A DNA stretch of 64,000 nucleotides, taken from Octopus bimaculoides (taxonomy: Eukaryota). The DNA lies in assembly GCF_001194135.2 (NCBI RefSeq), contig NC_068981.1, positions 5,432,562 to 5,496,561 on the forward strand, written 5' to 3'. How positions within the stretch are numbered: position 1 is the first letter of the stretch; each line of letters starts with the position of its first letter. The position numbers and the translations under genes were made by a program. Positions 21,906 to 36,000 of this stretch are shown in pieces. The notes beneath the pieces are model-generated. The model searched no databases. It worked only from the letters and a program-made list of their open reading frames with translations, and had not been told where the DNA came from.

Positions 21906-24900
21906 CTCCAACCAGTTTCACATTAATATAAGAGCAGTGGATCTCAACCAGGCTCCATTTACAATTTCACTAAAATTTATCTGCAATAAATTGCTTATGC
22001 TTCTTTTTTTTTTTTAATTCTAAATATTCAATAAAAAATATTTTAAAAAATTGAATGAAAGTCTACTCGAAATCGAAATCAAAGAAGTAAAAAGAAAATG
22101 GTTGAGGACTGCTGATGTAGAGGTTTGCATTAGGTGCCAGCAGATTTACATAGTTTGTCTTGTTGGAAATGATGTCGATCTATTTATTAAAAAAAAAAAT
22201 TTTTTTTTCCACTTAGATCACTTTAACCCTTTTGTTACCATATTTCTATTGAAATNNNNNNNNNNNNNNNNNNNNNNNNNNNNNNNNNNNNNNNNNNNNN
22301 NNNNNNNNNNNNNNNNNNNNNNNNNNNNNNNNNNNNNNNNNNNNNNNNNNNNNNNNNNNNNNNNNNNNNNNNNNNNNNNNNNNNNNNNNNNNNNNNNNNN
22401 NNNNNNNNNNNNNNNNNNNNNNNNNNNNNNNNNNNNNNNNNNNNNNNNNNNNNNNNNNNNNNNNNNNNNNNNNNNNNNNNNNNNNNNNNNNNNNNNNNNN
22501 NNNNNNNNNNNNNNNNNNNNNNNNNNNNNNNNNNNNNNNNNNNNNNNNNNNNNNNNNNNNNNNNNNNNNNNNNNNNNNNNNNNNNNNNNNNTTTTTTTTT
22601 TTTTTTTTTTTTTTTTTCTTTTTGAGATGAGAAATTTGTATTGGTTTGTATCAAATTTCTCTTGGGGACAGAAAATTTTAGCTTTCATCTGTCAAATACT
22701 CTCCTGAAATAGTATATGGTGTTGCCTTGGTGGGAAATAACTTCTGTAGATGGGTAGCAGTTTAGCTTTAACTGGAATATTTGTTGAAGGGAATAAGTTG
22801 AAATTGGTGCATCTTCAAGAACATGTGTAAAATTAGCAATACTGATTGCAAAATATTCTTTGGTACTTTAAAGCAGTAAATACCATCCTCATGCAGTGGA
22901 AATGTGTTTGTAAAATGATTAGTTTGGTTCTAAACCATTCTTTGAGTTGTGTAATGGATGTTTTCTTCCCAAAACTGTTAAAAACTATTTCCATGGTTAA
23001 AATGAGTTTTTACCATCGGTTGTCATCGTTGATGCTTCGCTCTTAAAATTTCCAATAAAATTTCAACGAGCCGTACTCCTTCCTCAGAAGGGCTACTTCT
23101 TCACCCATTGTACTCCGATTTTGTTTCTGTATTTTCTTTTCTATTGTTTGCTCATTATAAAAGATGATAGCAATGATCATCTGTGGATTAAAGCCTATTT
23201 CAGTGCAGTTGATAATCCATTTTCTGCCCAAACACCATGTTAGAATTGGCGGCAAAACTATTTTCCAGTTAGCAAGCTGTTGATTTTTGTGAGTTTCTTC
23301 TGATTTTCTTTGTTTTATGTTTGACAAGGTTTAGTAGTAGTAGCAGCAGTAGTAGTTGTGGTGGAATAGCATAAAGTATTAGTTTCATATCTAAATATTA
23401 AAGGGCAATGAAGTTCCATACTAAATTATGTGATCTAGATACGCATAACAAATATAAATTTTTTTTTATCAGTGAAGTACAATAATCTAGTATTTTTTTT
23501 TTTTTAACTTAAAACCATTTAAAAGAATTTAATTAACTTAGTTTCCTTCTGATGAATTGTTACTAATTAATCTTAATGATCTCGACCAGAATAATAGTAA
23601 ACCCATTCTGGTCTCTGGATTATAAGAAATATAAGTATTACAGCAGAGAATACTGTCTTGTCAAAGTTTTTTTGTTATGTTTCTGTGTTGTTCAAGAATT
23701 TTTCTAAATGCTCACATGTATTTCTGGATTTCTTTCAACAGTTGATGTGCAAAATGGCGCCTTTGCTAGGAAGAGAAATGACTGAACGTTTGTTTCTTGC
23801 CCGTTTTACTCAAATGTGTTCAGACCCTCTATTCCATGTGAGAAGGGTAAGCTATGGGCTCGTCAAACAGCAATATTTTTATTTCCCTTTCCTCCAATAG
23901 ATCGGAAGACAATTTTATATGTAAATGGTTTTCTAGAAATTCACCTAAACTTCAAGGTACATTTGATACCAGATAGCTGTTGTAAATAGCATTGAATTGG
24001 TTCTCAGCAAGGGTCAGTATAAGACTTAGGCATTAAAATTTACCTGTAATATATTGAGGATGCTTTTATAATACGCAAATATTTTTTTCTACAACTGAGT
24101 GAAATCATAGTTGTAGCTGGTGGCACGTAAAAAGCACTGTTCGAGTGTTGGGTCTCATGGAGGCAGTAACGGGTGAACAAGACCTTTGGTGATATACCAT
24201 GCTTGTTTGGACCTGTTGAGCCAAGCGAGACCAGCTGATGCCAGTGTCAGGTCATTGGCACCCGTGCTTGTAGAAAAACACCCGCTACACTCTCGGTGTG
24301 GTTGGTGTTAGGAAGGGCATCCAGGTGTAAAAACCTTGTCGAATTAAATTGGGACCTGGCGCAGTCTCTCTGACATAGCAGTTTTCAATCAAACCGTCCA
24401 ACCCATGCCAGCATGGAAAGTGATTATCTTGACAGTTTCTAATAATAATTATAAAATATAGGATTTTTGTTTTAAGTGTGAACTGGCTATGAAGTCTAGT
24501 AGGGTTAAATAGGAATTGGAGGGATCGCTGGTATAAAGGAATGATTTGGTGACAGACAAAATTAACTGAGATATACTGACTTTCAGTTTATTTTCAGAAT
24601 AAGGATTTGGTAGTGTTGTTAAGCTACTGTTTGGAATGTAAATTTAGTTGAAATCTTAATGGAGAGCTGCTAGGCCTTTAAACTGGTCATATTTGACCCA
24701 AACACTACCATTATTGTATGGTGAAACTGGCTTTATCTGGTCTCTCACACCTAATCTAATGTGTCATTCTACAAATAATCACATGGGAATTTAAGCACTA
24801 CAAGGTAATGAATGATTAATTGAACACCATGTGAATAAATTAGCATTACTTGACATGAAGTAATTTAAGTGTCAAAGGGTTAAAATAGGACATTTGTATC

Positions 24901-27900
24901 ATAAAACCAGGCCCAATCTCAGGTAGGTTGATATAAAGTGTTGAAGTACACTCCCATCAAAATACAAGTATCTAAACTCCTTATCAAGATAATGAATTTA
25001 GTGAAATGATTTCTGTAATTGAGTTGGTGTTTGAAACTTAATGGAAGGTTTTAATTTAGATTAGATTAAAACTGTCGGTTCACAGTTTAGAAGCCTGAGT
25101 GATTTTGGAGTGGTAAGCATCGAGTGTTAAAATGGTGTTTGCAATCCAAGGGGATTGTTCTTTTCTGGCAGTCCTGTGGCTGGGTTTGAGAATTTAATGG
25201 GTAAAAACAAGATTTTTTTTTATAAATGTACTCCAGTGTCCTTGTCACTTTGAAATGACATCAATTACATTGGGACAGGTATGGCTGTGTGGTAAGAAGA
25301 TTGCTCCCCCTGCCTCCAACCCCACGTTTCCTGGTTTTGTCCTTGGGTGAGTTTTTTTCTATAGCCCAGAGCTGACTTAGTAGATTTGGCAGAGGGAAAC
25401 TGAAGGAAGACAACTCTCTCTCTCTCGTTTGTCCCCTGTAACTTAGTGGTTCTGTAGAAAAAACCAAAACAAAACTGCTGTTAATTCAATTGACTAAAAT
25501 TCAAGGCAGTACCCCAGCATGGCTCCACTGGATCAAAACATCATTTAATTAACTTAATTTTAAGTTCATTTAAAAGACTTTCACTTCGAAATCTAAGAGG
25601 TCAGTTTTTTTCACCAGTTTTACGAGAATGGTTCCTAGTTTTGTGATATAAACTTACTGATTCAATTCTATTAACCTACCATACCCAGCCAAAGTATTCT
25701 ACCTGCCTTCTGCTTATACTGGCCAGATCTGACCTCTTACACCTGACCTATAATGTCACTAAAAATAAGCACATCTTGAAGCTATGGTTAATTTACAATA
25801 AAGTGGGGGAAAAAAAAAATTAGCATTACACTTGCAGAGTAACCTGAATACTAAAGCAGTTGGGCTATCTATGTTAAGACCTTTTCTAATTTGCTAAACT
25901 CTGTGCCATGACCGACTTTATAATGCTAAATCTATTTGACTAAATTCTTTTTCTGTCAGTCAAAACGGAGGCTGTGTATTTCTATGGAAGGATTAATTAG
26001 TTTATTTATATTTTTGTTCCCTTTCTTCCTGTTTTTAGTGTGTTGGGGGCTCCTGAAAAGACTGACGCTTAGTTAACTGAGCAGGGCTGTTCAGTTTTAA
26101 CAGGTCTCCTTGTTTAGAACAATTCTAATCTGGTTACAGAACTTGGAGATTTGGTCTCATATTTTGTCATCCTTATCAATTAATGTTTTTTTTTCCATGC
26201 TTGGATGGGTCGTGTCGAGTTTATTGAGGCAGATTGTTTACAGCTAGATTCCTTTCTTGTCATTGACCCTCACCTCTTCCCAAGCAAGGTAATATTTTCC
26301 AAATGCCAGGCATATTTTCACAAGATTGGAAATGACACTGCTTGTATGTCAATGACACTTGTTTATAATTATCACGCAGAGTGTGCATGTGCTGCTGGTT
26401 GAGATTCAAGCTTAAGTTCACAGCCATGTCTGGCATGATTTGGATTGTTTGACTGGAGCTGGGAGATCCAAGCTGTCTGGTTTTGGTATGGTTTCCATGG
26501 CTGAATGTCCTCACTACCAACCACTGGCTGTGAAGCAGTGGGAGCAGAGGCTTTGTGCCAGGTGATGGGATAATGGTCTTGAAGGACACATAATGAAGGT
26601 TTGATTTCTCGTTTCATTAAATTGCCAGTCCTCCTCCTTTGTGGTGTTGTCAAGGTTTCCAGCCGGCAAGCAATTTAGTTCAGCTGTGACTGATCCTAGG
26701 TCATGTGTTCACTTGAATCTTTGTAGTAAATAAATTTGGTACTGCACCATTTTACATTTTATTACCTCGGTTCTCACTTTGGTAGCTACAGCAAAGTTCA
26801 TCTGACCAGTGTTCTCTAAATACTGCTTTCATTTCTCACTGTCCAATGCTTTCCTGAGTGGCTTATCTCTGCTGTAGACTGCAACAGTATGAAAACCTGT
26901 TTGTGTGGTTAAGAAGTTTGCTTTCCAACTGCATGGTTCTGGGTTCAGTCCCACTGCATGATACTTTGGCCAAGTGTTTCCAAATATAGCCCCAGGCTGA
27001 TGAGAGCTTTGTGGGTGGACTTGGTTGATGGAAAGTGAGAGAAGCCTGTCATAAATATCCATATCGCATTGTCTTCACATCACATGATTGTTGTAAATTC
27101 CCATTACATTTCCAATATTCTGTGAAATATTACCTTATTTGGAAATCGGTGAGGGTTGGCAATAGAAAAGGTATTTGGTGATAGAAAATCTGCCCTATCT
27201 GATGCGTGCTAAAGCTATGAGGATGTGTGCCTTTCTAAATGTCTACATTTGGCACTTTCACAGGGAAGCATTCAGCTAAAACCTCTGCTTCTAATGATGA
27301 GTGCAGTCGAAAAAAACCATGACACTGAAATATAGGTGAGTTAGCAACAGGAAAGGCCTTCAGCTGCAATGCAGTGATAAATACTTGGTAATCCAGTGAT
27401 AAATACTGAATCCTTCATAACCATCCTGATAAAATATTCTTCAACTTGCAATTCATTCCCAGTATTCAAACATTAAGGATGTGGTCCTCTGAAAGGGCAG
27501 GTTTTTAATTGTAAAGACTGGATAGTTTTATTTTGTAGAATCAGTGTTACTGTTATTTTGAGCTCTTTATTAGCTAAAATGTTAAACCCTTTAGCATTTA
27601 AACCAGCCGTATCCAACCCAAATACTTGACCCATGCAATGTTCAAACCAGCCAGATGTGGCCTATCACACCTTTCTTACAATGTCATTCTAAAAATAACA
27701 ATCCTATCAATGAAATTTCAAAACTGCAAAGATAATGCATGATTAATTCAAAAGGAGGTGAATAAAAGATGGTTACATTTGACAAGAATAGTCTGAATGC
27801 TTATGGCTTAATTAACTTGGAAAGCTTGGCACTGAGTTGGTTGCTATTTCCAACAGTTCTATACTCTTTATATCTTTCTATAGATATGTGCGTCTAACTT

Positions 27901-29953
27901 TGGTGAAATATGCACAGTTGTAGGAGGTGAAAGTACAGAGCAAAATTTGGTAAGTAGACTTTTTCCTGTTTGCTGTAGAATTCTGTAATTTTTGTTAAAG
28001 TGCGTGTCAAGATGTCCTTGTAGCGTTTAAGACCAGACCCATTATTTTTTATAATTTCTCAAAAAGCTGCAGAGCTGTGGACATAATGTTATTGATTGCA
28101 TTAATTTTTTTTGTTTTTGTTCATTAAATTACGTTAGTAGGATATACTGGATGGTGCAAAAGTAGTTATGCAGTTATGAAAAAAGAACCTGTACGTTTTA
28201 TCAAAATTAAGTTACAATAAAAGTTTTATTTTAAATGTAACGTGATTAACGACACTGAAAATATCAAATGAGGCTAATTTAATGTGCTGATAATTTTAAT
28301 GAATTATTATAACCTTCCACCACCACCCCACCCCCTGTATACAAGTCCTGAAATTTGATGGGGTAGGGTTTAATCAGTTAGTGCCTCCAGCATTTCACTG
28401 GTACTATATTTTATCAACTGTGAAAAGATGGAAAGCAAAGTTGACCATAGCAGGTTTTGAATTGAAAGCATAACACAAACCAGAACAAATATGGGAAATT
28501 TTCTGACTCTCAAAACATTTCTGCTATTCCTTATATAAATTAAAAACCAATTTAGGTGTTTTTTTTCTCCGGCCTGTGGTCAGGAGCTTGCCTCTCAACT
28601 GTGTTTCCAGGTTCAGTCCCTTTGCATGACCCCTTGGTCAAGTGTCTCCTATATCTTGGGGCTAACCAAAGCCTTGTGAATGGATTTGGCCGACAGAAAC
28701 TGAAGGAAGCCCCCTCCCCCCACTGGCTGACAACCAGTGGTGGGGTGTTTACATCCCTGAAATTTTGCAGTTGTGGCAAGAGAAACCAACAATAAATACT
28801 AGGCTTCAGAGAAACAAAAGTCCCAGGGTTGATTTATCCAATTAGAATTTGTCAAGGTGTTGCTCCAGCATGGCTGCGGTGTCATGACTGAGACAAGCAG
28901 AAGATAAATGATAAAATTTGCAAGTAGCGAACCTTCAGTTGGAAATCTAAAGTTGGAATTTATCCATAAATCATTAACTCATTTTGTTTGTAATTTCAAC
29001 CTAGAATACACTTCTTTTTCTCTGTTTCATTGAATCTAAAGCAAACTCGTTTCCTAAAACTGTGGACCATTTTGTGACTGAGATGCTGCTTACAACCGAA
29101 GCTCTTGGATTAATGTTCCTTTCAAATTTTGACACAAGGCCAGCAATTGGGGGGGGGAGGTTAGGTGATTACACTGACCCCGGTGTTAAACTGGCGCTTT
29201 TTGACCTCGATAGGGTGGAGGGCAGCATTGAACCTGGTGGCATTGGAACTTGGAATTGAATGTTAATGGAAAGGTAGTGTGTAAATTTTGATTTATATGC
29301 AGAGACAGGGTTAACATAAGTTAGCCTGGAGAGGGACAGTAAAATTGAAGAGCTGTTGTGGGCGGATTGCAAAGGTAAGTCTTGCAGTTGAACATTGAAT
29401 GCATAAAAATAGATGCAATCTGCTGTTCATGATACTATAGTTTCTCACACATTTTAAGGAGGATAAATATGACAAACAGATAGTAGCAAGTGCAAAAAGT
29501 AATAGGTTTACATATATATCTTCTTTTATTGTCCGTTTTAAATGCTGGTTAGGCTTGGGTCCACAAGGTTCCGTAATCTGTTTTGACACAGTTTCTCTTG
29601 TTCGATGCCCTTTGTAATGCCAAGCACTGTAGTGTGTACTGGGTGCTTTATGTGGCAGCATCACAGGTGATTTTTGCATTGCAGGGCATAGCCTAATGAT
29701 CAAAGGTGTGGTTCTCAGGATCACAGGTTCAATTCCCAGAACGGCTGCATATTGTGTCCTGGAGCAATGCACTTTATTTCAGTGCTGCTGTCCACTGAGC
29801 TGTAAAGGATTCACCCTGCAATGCATTTCCCCTTCTGATCAGGGGAAATGCTGACCTGCACGGCTAGCCAGTGGGGTCGTATCCTTCAAAAGCAATGCAA
29901 AGCGCATTGTGAACAGCAATCTATAGCATCTGGTAGCCTGTTCAGTACCATGG

Positions 29954-30031
<78 letters not shown>

Positions 30032-33000
30032 CCATACATTGCCATTTGTTCTATAGCTTTGAACTTGACCAAACTAAAATTCTGGTTAAAAAATATGATC
30101 TACAGCTGTAATGGTAGCATACGGATGGCTTTCAAATGATGTATTCTACCTTATTCGTTTTTAACTTGCCTCACTTCCTCCTCTGTGTACAATGAACACA
30201 AAGCTTTTGCATTCCTTTTCATGGGTTTGCCTCTCCTATGTTACTGCAAACACACTGGACATTAAAAATCTCACCGTCCATTTATAAATGGATGGTTGGT
30301 AATGGGACTTAATATGTAATTTATATTAAGCCCAGGAAGTGGGGATTGGTATTAATCCTTTCTTACCTTTTACACCGGTGCCTGTCTCTTTATTTATACT
30401 ATTACTTTTCAACACCTGGCAAAAAGCCACCACTACCCAAACTCAATTGAGGGAGCTTTTCCTTTTTGCCTTTGTCCAGACACAATCTCTTTTCCTTTAT
30501 GTCAAGTTATCATCATCTGGAATGTTTTTAGTAAGGCATGCAAAAAAAGAAGAAAGATGCATCAGTTTTAAGTCTTTTAAAGAAAATCTCTGGTTGGATC
30601 TGGTTTCTTATGAAAGATGTTGAAGACCTTTTCAGTTTCCTTTTGTGTTACTAAAATAAAATAGTTTTTGTTTTTAATTTGTTAGGTTTATTGAAAATAG
30701 AAATGTCTGATTTGCCTCTGGCATCTGTTGTTACCATTTCGTTGTATTTTTTAAATCTTTCATATTTAGTCACCACTTTTGAATATGACTGATATATTTA
30801 TCTCTTTTCTTATATTCTGTTGAAATGGTGTTTCAATTTGAATGTAAAATAAATTAGTAAGTTAACTTTGCTGCTATTAAGCTGGTGTGTGGATTATAAA
30901 ACAGCCTGAGATTTTCAGGGAAAAACTTTATGAAGTTAAAACAGTTTCTTTTGAGAACCAAGTATGGTCTCACGCGAGTTAATATGAAGAAATTAACTTT
31001 TTAGCATTTAGACTGGCCATATCCAGCCCAAATATTCAGTTTTATGTTCAAAGTAGCTATATCTGGCCTCTTGCACCATTGAACAATGTCATTGTAAATA
31101 TAAGCAATCACATCATCAAAATTGCAAAGCTATGCGACAATGCATGATTCAAAGCAATGTGAATCATCATCATCATCATCATCGTTTAACGTCCGCTTTC
31201 CATGCTAGCATGGGTTGGACGATTTGACTGAGGACTGGTGAAACCGGATGGCAACACCAGGCTCCAGTCTGATTTGGCAGAGTTTCTACAGCTGGATGCC
31301 CTTCCTAACGCCAACCACTCAGAGAGTGTAGAATGAACATTATATTTGACAAGGAAGTGCTCTGAATGGTTAATGTGGCTGTTTTTAGCTGTTTAGATGA
31401 GTTTCCTTTGAGGAGTTTTGTCTCAAAAGAAACCTTTTAATTACAGGTAAGTACAGGTGAAAATCACTGCACTGCAAAATTGTTTTAACCATCACCATAT
31501 TAGTTTAACTGTGATGAGTGATTCTAGCAAAAGACTTCAGGAGTTGGACATATTGGATAGCCATGACAGATACATACACATGGATTGCATAGAAAAGTTT
31601 GTAAAAATAAAATGGAATTCAGAGCCAATGTTTAAGATATTTGCATATGGATTTAACCATATATGCACTGTTTTTCTTCCATCTTTCCATCTGACAAACA
31701 GGTTTATGTAGTTTAATAGTTTTCCAGATCCAAATTTTGGCTTAGGAACCTAGCAAACCACTTATAAACTCTCCTCCCAGATGTGGCACCATCTCCATAA
31801 ACATGTTTTTTGCTCTTTGTACAGCATTCTGTCCTTTCTGAAAATAAAGAGTATCAAATGACGAAAATGTTTGTCATTTTCCTCCATTTCCTTTTTCTTC
31901 TTTTTTTTTTTTTTTTTTTCTTTTTTTTTTTTTGGAACATTCAAAACACATCTCTTAATGTATCCTACAGATCAGTTATTCTCGACCATTTTAATAATAT
32001 CCAAGTCGGATCCAAAACCTTTTTTTTTTTTAAATTTTAAAGAGGGTCACCAGAATGAATCATGATTCAATTAAAGAAATAGTTTTATTTATAGAGGGAA
32101 GATTGTTGAGGGCAGCCAGCACGATGTTTGAGAACCACTGGTGTAGATACACTTTGAAATGTTATCTTTCAGAATCTGTATATATGCTAAAAGTCAACTG
32201 TGAAACAAAGTCACTTGTTCAAATACCCCCATTTAAAAGAAAAAAAAAGTCACAAGCTTTTGTTCTAACTCCGTAATTTTTTTACAATAACAAGGTTTTT
32301 TTTTAAACATAACATCCTCTGTTGGAAAAATCCCAAATGTAATTAACATAAACCAATTGTGATGCACTAATCATTAAAGAATTTCTCGATCATCTATTTG
32401 TTAATTTAAATTTGAAAATGGTTTATAAAATCAGTTATGGTATATATCTTTGGATAGGTGTGGCCGTTTGGTAAGAAGTTTATTTCTAAACCACATGGTT
32501 CTGGGTTGTCCCAATGTACGAAACCTTGGGCAGGTGTCTTCTACAGTTTGGGCCAACCAGAACCTTCAGTGGATTTGATAGACAAAAATTGAAAGCTGTG
32601 TGTGTGTACATAGACACAGAGCAGACTTCTTTCACACACACACAGAATATCAGTGTTTATCCCCTGCCTCACGTAAAGACCAGTGTTTGGGAGAGGATAC
32701 TAATGCAGTAAATACAGTGATACCTTACAGTATGAGTTTAATTCATTCCACAATCAAGCTCTTCTTAAAATTTACTCGTTTTACAAATCAATTTTCCCCC
32801 ATTTCAATTAACTAAAATATAATTCGTTCCAGCCCCCCAAAAAACCACTCAATTTTTAAATTTTTATGGGTTTTAAAACAGAATAGGTGTGCTTACAAGT
32901 AAAATGACAATTGTGAAAAAGAGTATGCGAAAGAAATATGTAAGCTGGTTTATTTAACTGAATTACCTTAAAGATGTGACGTGTGCTCGTATTGTGGATT

Positions 33001-36000
33001 TCTGCTTGTACTTCAACATAATTTCACATGAGTCTCTGCTTGTACAGCAAATTACTCATACAATGGTGTGCTCGTACTGCAAGGTTCTACTCTGCCAGGT
33101 TTTAGAAGGAAGGAAAAACGCTAGTTGATTCCTTCAATTAACAATTCTTAAGGGCTGTGCTTCAGTCTAACAACTTAAATAAGTAAAGCATGTTTTGTGA
33201 TGTAGTCTTGGATCCTTGATGCAAACACTTGTGCCCTAAAGGAAACTCTGGGCTGGCCTGGTTTTTTAAATTGGCTAACGTTGTTGGAAGTGGATGAGTT
33301 GTCATCTAAAAAAGAGCATTTTGCTGGGGGGGGGGGTCTTTCAACAAATTCCATTTGATATGTTACAAGTGTGGGAGAATTGATTTTAAAAATGATAAAG
33401 TACTCAGATGCGGTCTTGGGTGGGTTAATATAAAAAAGGGGCTTACCTTTTAAATAGTAAAAGGTGTACTTTGAAATAATTTCTAGATGAGTTAATCTAT
33501 AATGCCACGTGTTCTTTTTTTTTTTGTATGACAAATACAATACACTTAGTTTTAGAGATGGTTGAGTGAGGGGACACCCCTATGTCTCTTTCTGTAATTT
33601 GCAATTCTTTTAGAAAGATGGTATTCACAGCAATTAAGACCAAAAAAACTAGCATTTTGTTGGTTACAATGATGAGTGTTCCAGTTGATCTTACTGGCTG
33701 TAATTAATGGGCAAATGGCTGAGCACTCTGGACACATTTGACCACAACCTAGTTCTTAAGGAGATTCAGTGTGACATGTCAGACCATTTGAAATAAAGGT
33801 ACTGTCCCATTTTGCCAGGATAGGGTCTTGCTCAATGACGATGCATTGCCAGGTATTAAACCCCTGACCCCACAATCCATGTGCCGAATGCCTTAACCAC
33901 TGAGCTGCATTCGTTAACCTATTAGAGGAATTATTTTGAAAGTGGTGTCAGTCCTCTAAGATCAATTTCATCAGTTAATGCTCAGTTTTCCATACTTGCA
34001 TGGGTGGGATTGAGTTTCTTGAGCATATCGGAGACCCTTGCTGTTGCCAACCTTCACCTGTCTTTCGACACAGGATAATATTCTCCCATTGCCAGATGTG
34101 TTTTTCATGGAAGACTGGAAACCTCCCTCCCTAATATGATAGTGATGCTCATTTACCATCAGTTGATGTATAGACATGGGTACACAATTAGCATGATTCA
34201 GTTTCCATTACTGAGTCCACTTGGAAGGCTTTGGTTAACCTGAGACGCTTCCAGAATGTATTGCACATTGGGACTGAACCCCAAACCAAGCTTCTCAACC
34301 ACACAGCCATTCTTGCACCTTTCACTAATACAGAATAAAGTACTTAAAATCCTCTGGAGTATTTCTTTGATCCTTTTGGCATTTAAACGAGCTGGATTGA
34401 CTGTTATCCTAAAAACAAACTCATGTCATTGAAACCAGAAAGCTATGAGATGGTGCATGATTAATACAAGGCAATGTGAATAAATAAGCGTTAGCATTTG
34501 GCAAGAGTCTAATGCTTTAAGAAATTTTTAGAACCTGTATGACCAATGTCCTGCTGGCTAACCATGAGCAAATCCTTGTTACTGGTTTTAATAGATGGAC
34601 ACTGAAAGAAACTTGTTTGTGTGTGTGAGTGTTTTGTTTCTTTATCTTGAGATAATGAGATTGTTGTAAGTGACTGCAGTTGGTTTATAATATCCTCCAA
34701 AAATAGGTCTGGCCACGAGGAAGTATAACCTTGCTTGGAAACTGGTTGCAGGAAGAGTACCTGCCTCAATTCCTATTTGACCAATATAAGCTTGGAAAAG
34801 ACATTGAAATGTTGTTGAGGGGAACTTTGAAATCAGTGTTTGATGGGTGTGTTGTGGGCTGTAAGTTCAATCCTGCTGCACAGCACTGTCTTCTGCTATT
34901 GATAGAATCTGAATGGTTGTGTGAATCTAAGTTTATTTAAACCCCTTTGATACCAAACTGCTTGAAAATGCCTCTGCTTATATGAAAGCAGCTTCCTGTT
35001 TTAAAATGGATTTAAATTAAATTTCCAAAGACTATGTTGTTAATGAGTTATTTGCTAAATGCTTATCAAAATTAATTGAATCAGAGGCAGTTTCAAGAAA
35101 AACGGTAACAAAAGGGTTAAACTGAAGAAGAAAAAAAAAAAAAAATCGAACAGATTCCAATTAACCATGGAAATATTTTTGCTTTACTTTTGCAGCTAGA
35201 AAAGTTTGGTTCACTGTGTGAAGACAGTGTTTGGGGTGTAAGAAAAGGCTGTGCCGAGTCTTTTATGCCATTGGCATCCATATGTTCAGTAGACGTACGA
35301 AGAAATGTCCTTACCTCGTTATTTGTCAGCTTACTCTGTGATCAATCTCGCTGGGTAAGAAAGTCTTCTTAATACCTTTTTTTAATCATTTCGGCTTCAA
35401 TTTCCATTTGTAAAGTGTTTGGCTTAAGACAAAGCATTGCTGTAGCGAGATTATATTTGTCTAAATGTTAGAGCTAGCACCGTGTGATAATGAGCCTTTT
35501 GTATATAGTGCCTGAATGCGAAACTTACTGGAAAAGGTTAAAAGAGGGACTGTGGAGGCAAACGCGAAAGTAATGATAGAGAATAGAATGGAAAAAGAGA
35601 CAACTGAGTATCTAAAGTGTGGATAGACAAGTCAGTAGTAATGTTGATGAATTTTGGGAGACCTGGAACTTTTAAGGAAGCAGTGTCTTGACAGATTAAA
35701 AGCTGAAATGGATAATTTATTCTATGACTTGGCAATTCTAAATGAGAAAAAGCAGTTCTGAAAGTCATGGATGCACTTTGTTTTTCCATGTCCGCTAATG
35801 ATAGGTATTAAAATAAAAAAAGAAAGTTGTTTGGAAGATGCTGGATATCCAAAATTTAGTTTGTCAGTACCCAAGAAACAATACATTCAAGACATAAAGA
35901 CTGACAAAATTGCATTTGTCTGATTGCACCTCTGTAGACAGTTTCCAGAAGAGCATCGATCTTGTAGACATGATGCGTGCATCCAGATTGGTGATGCAAA

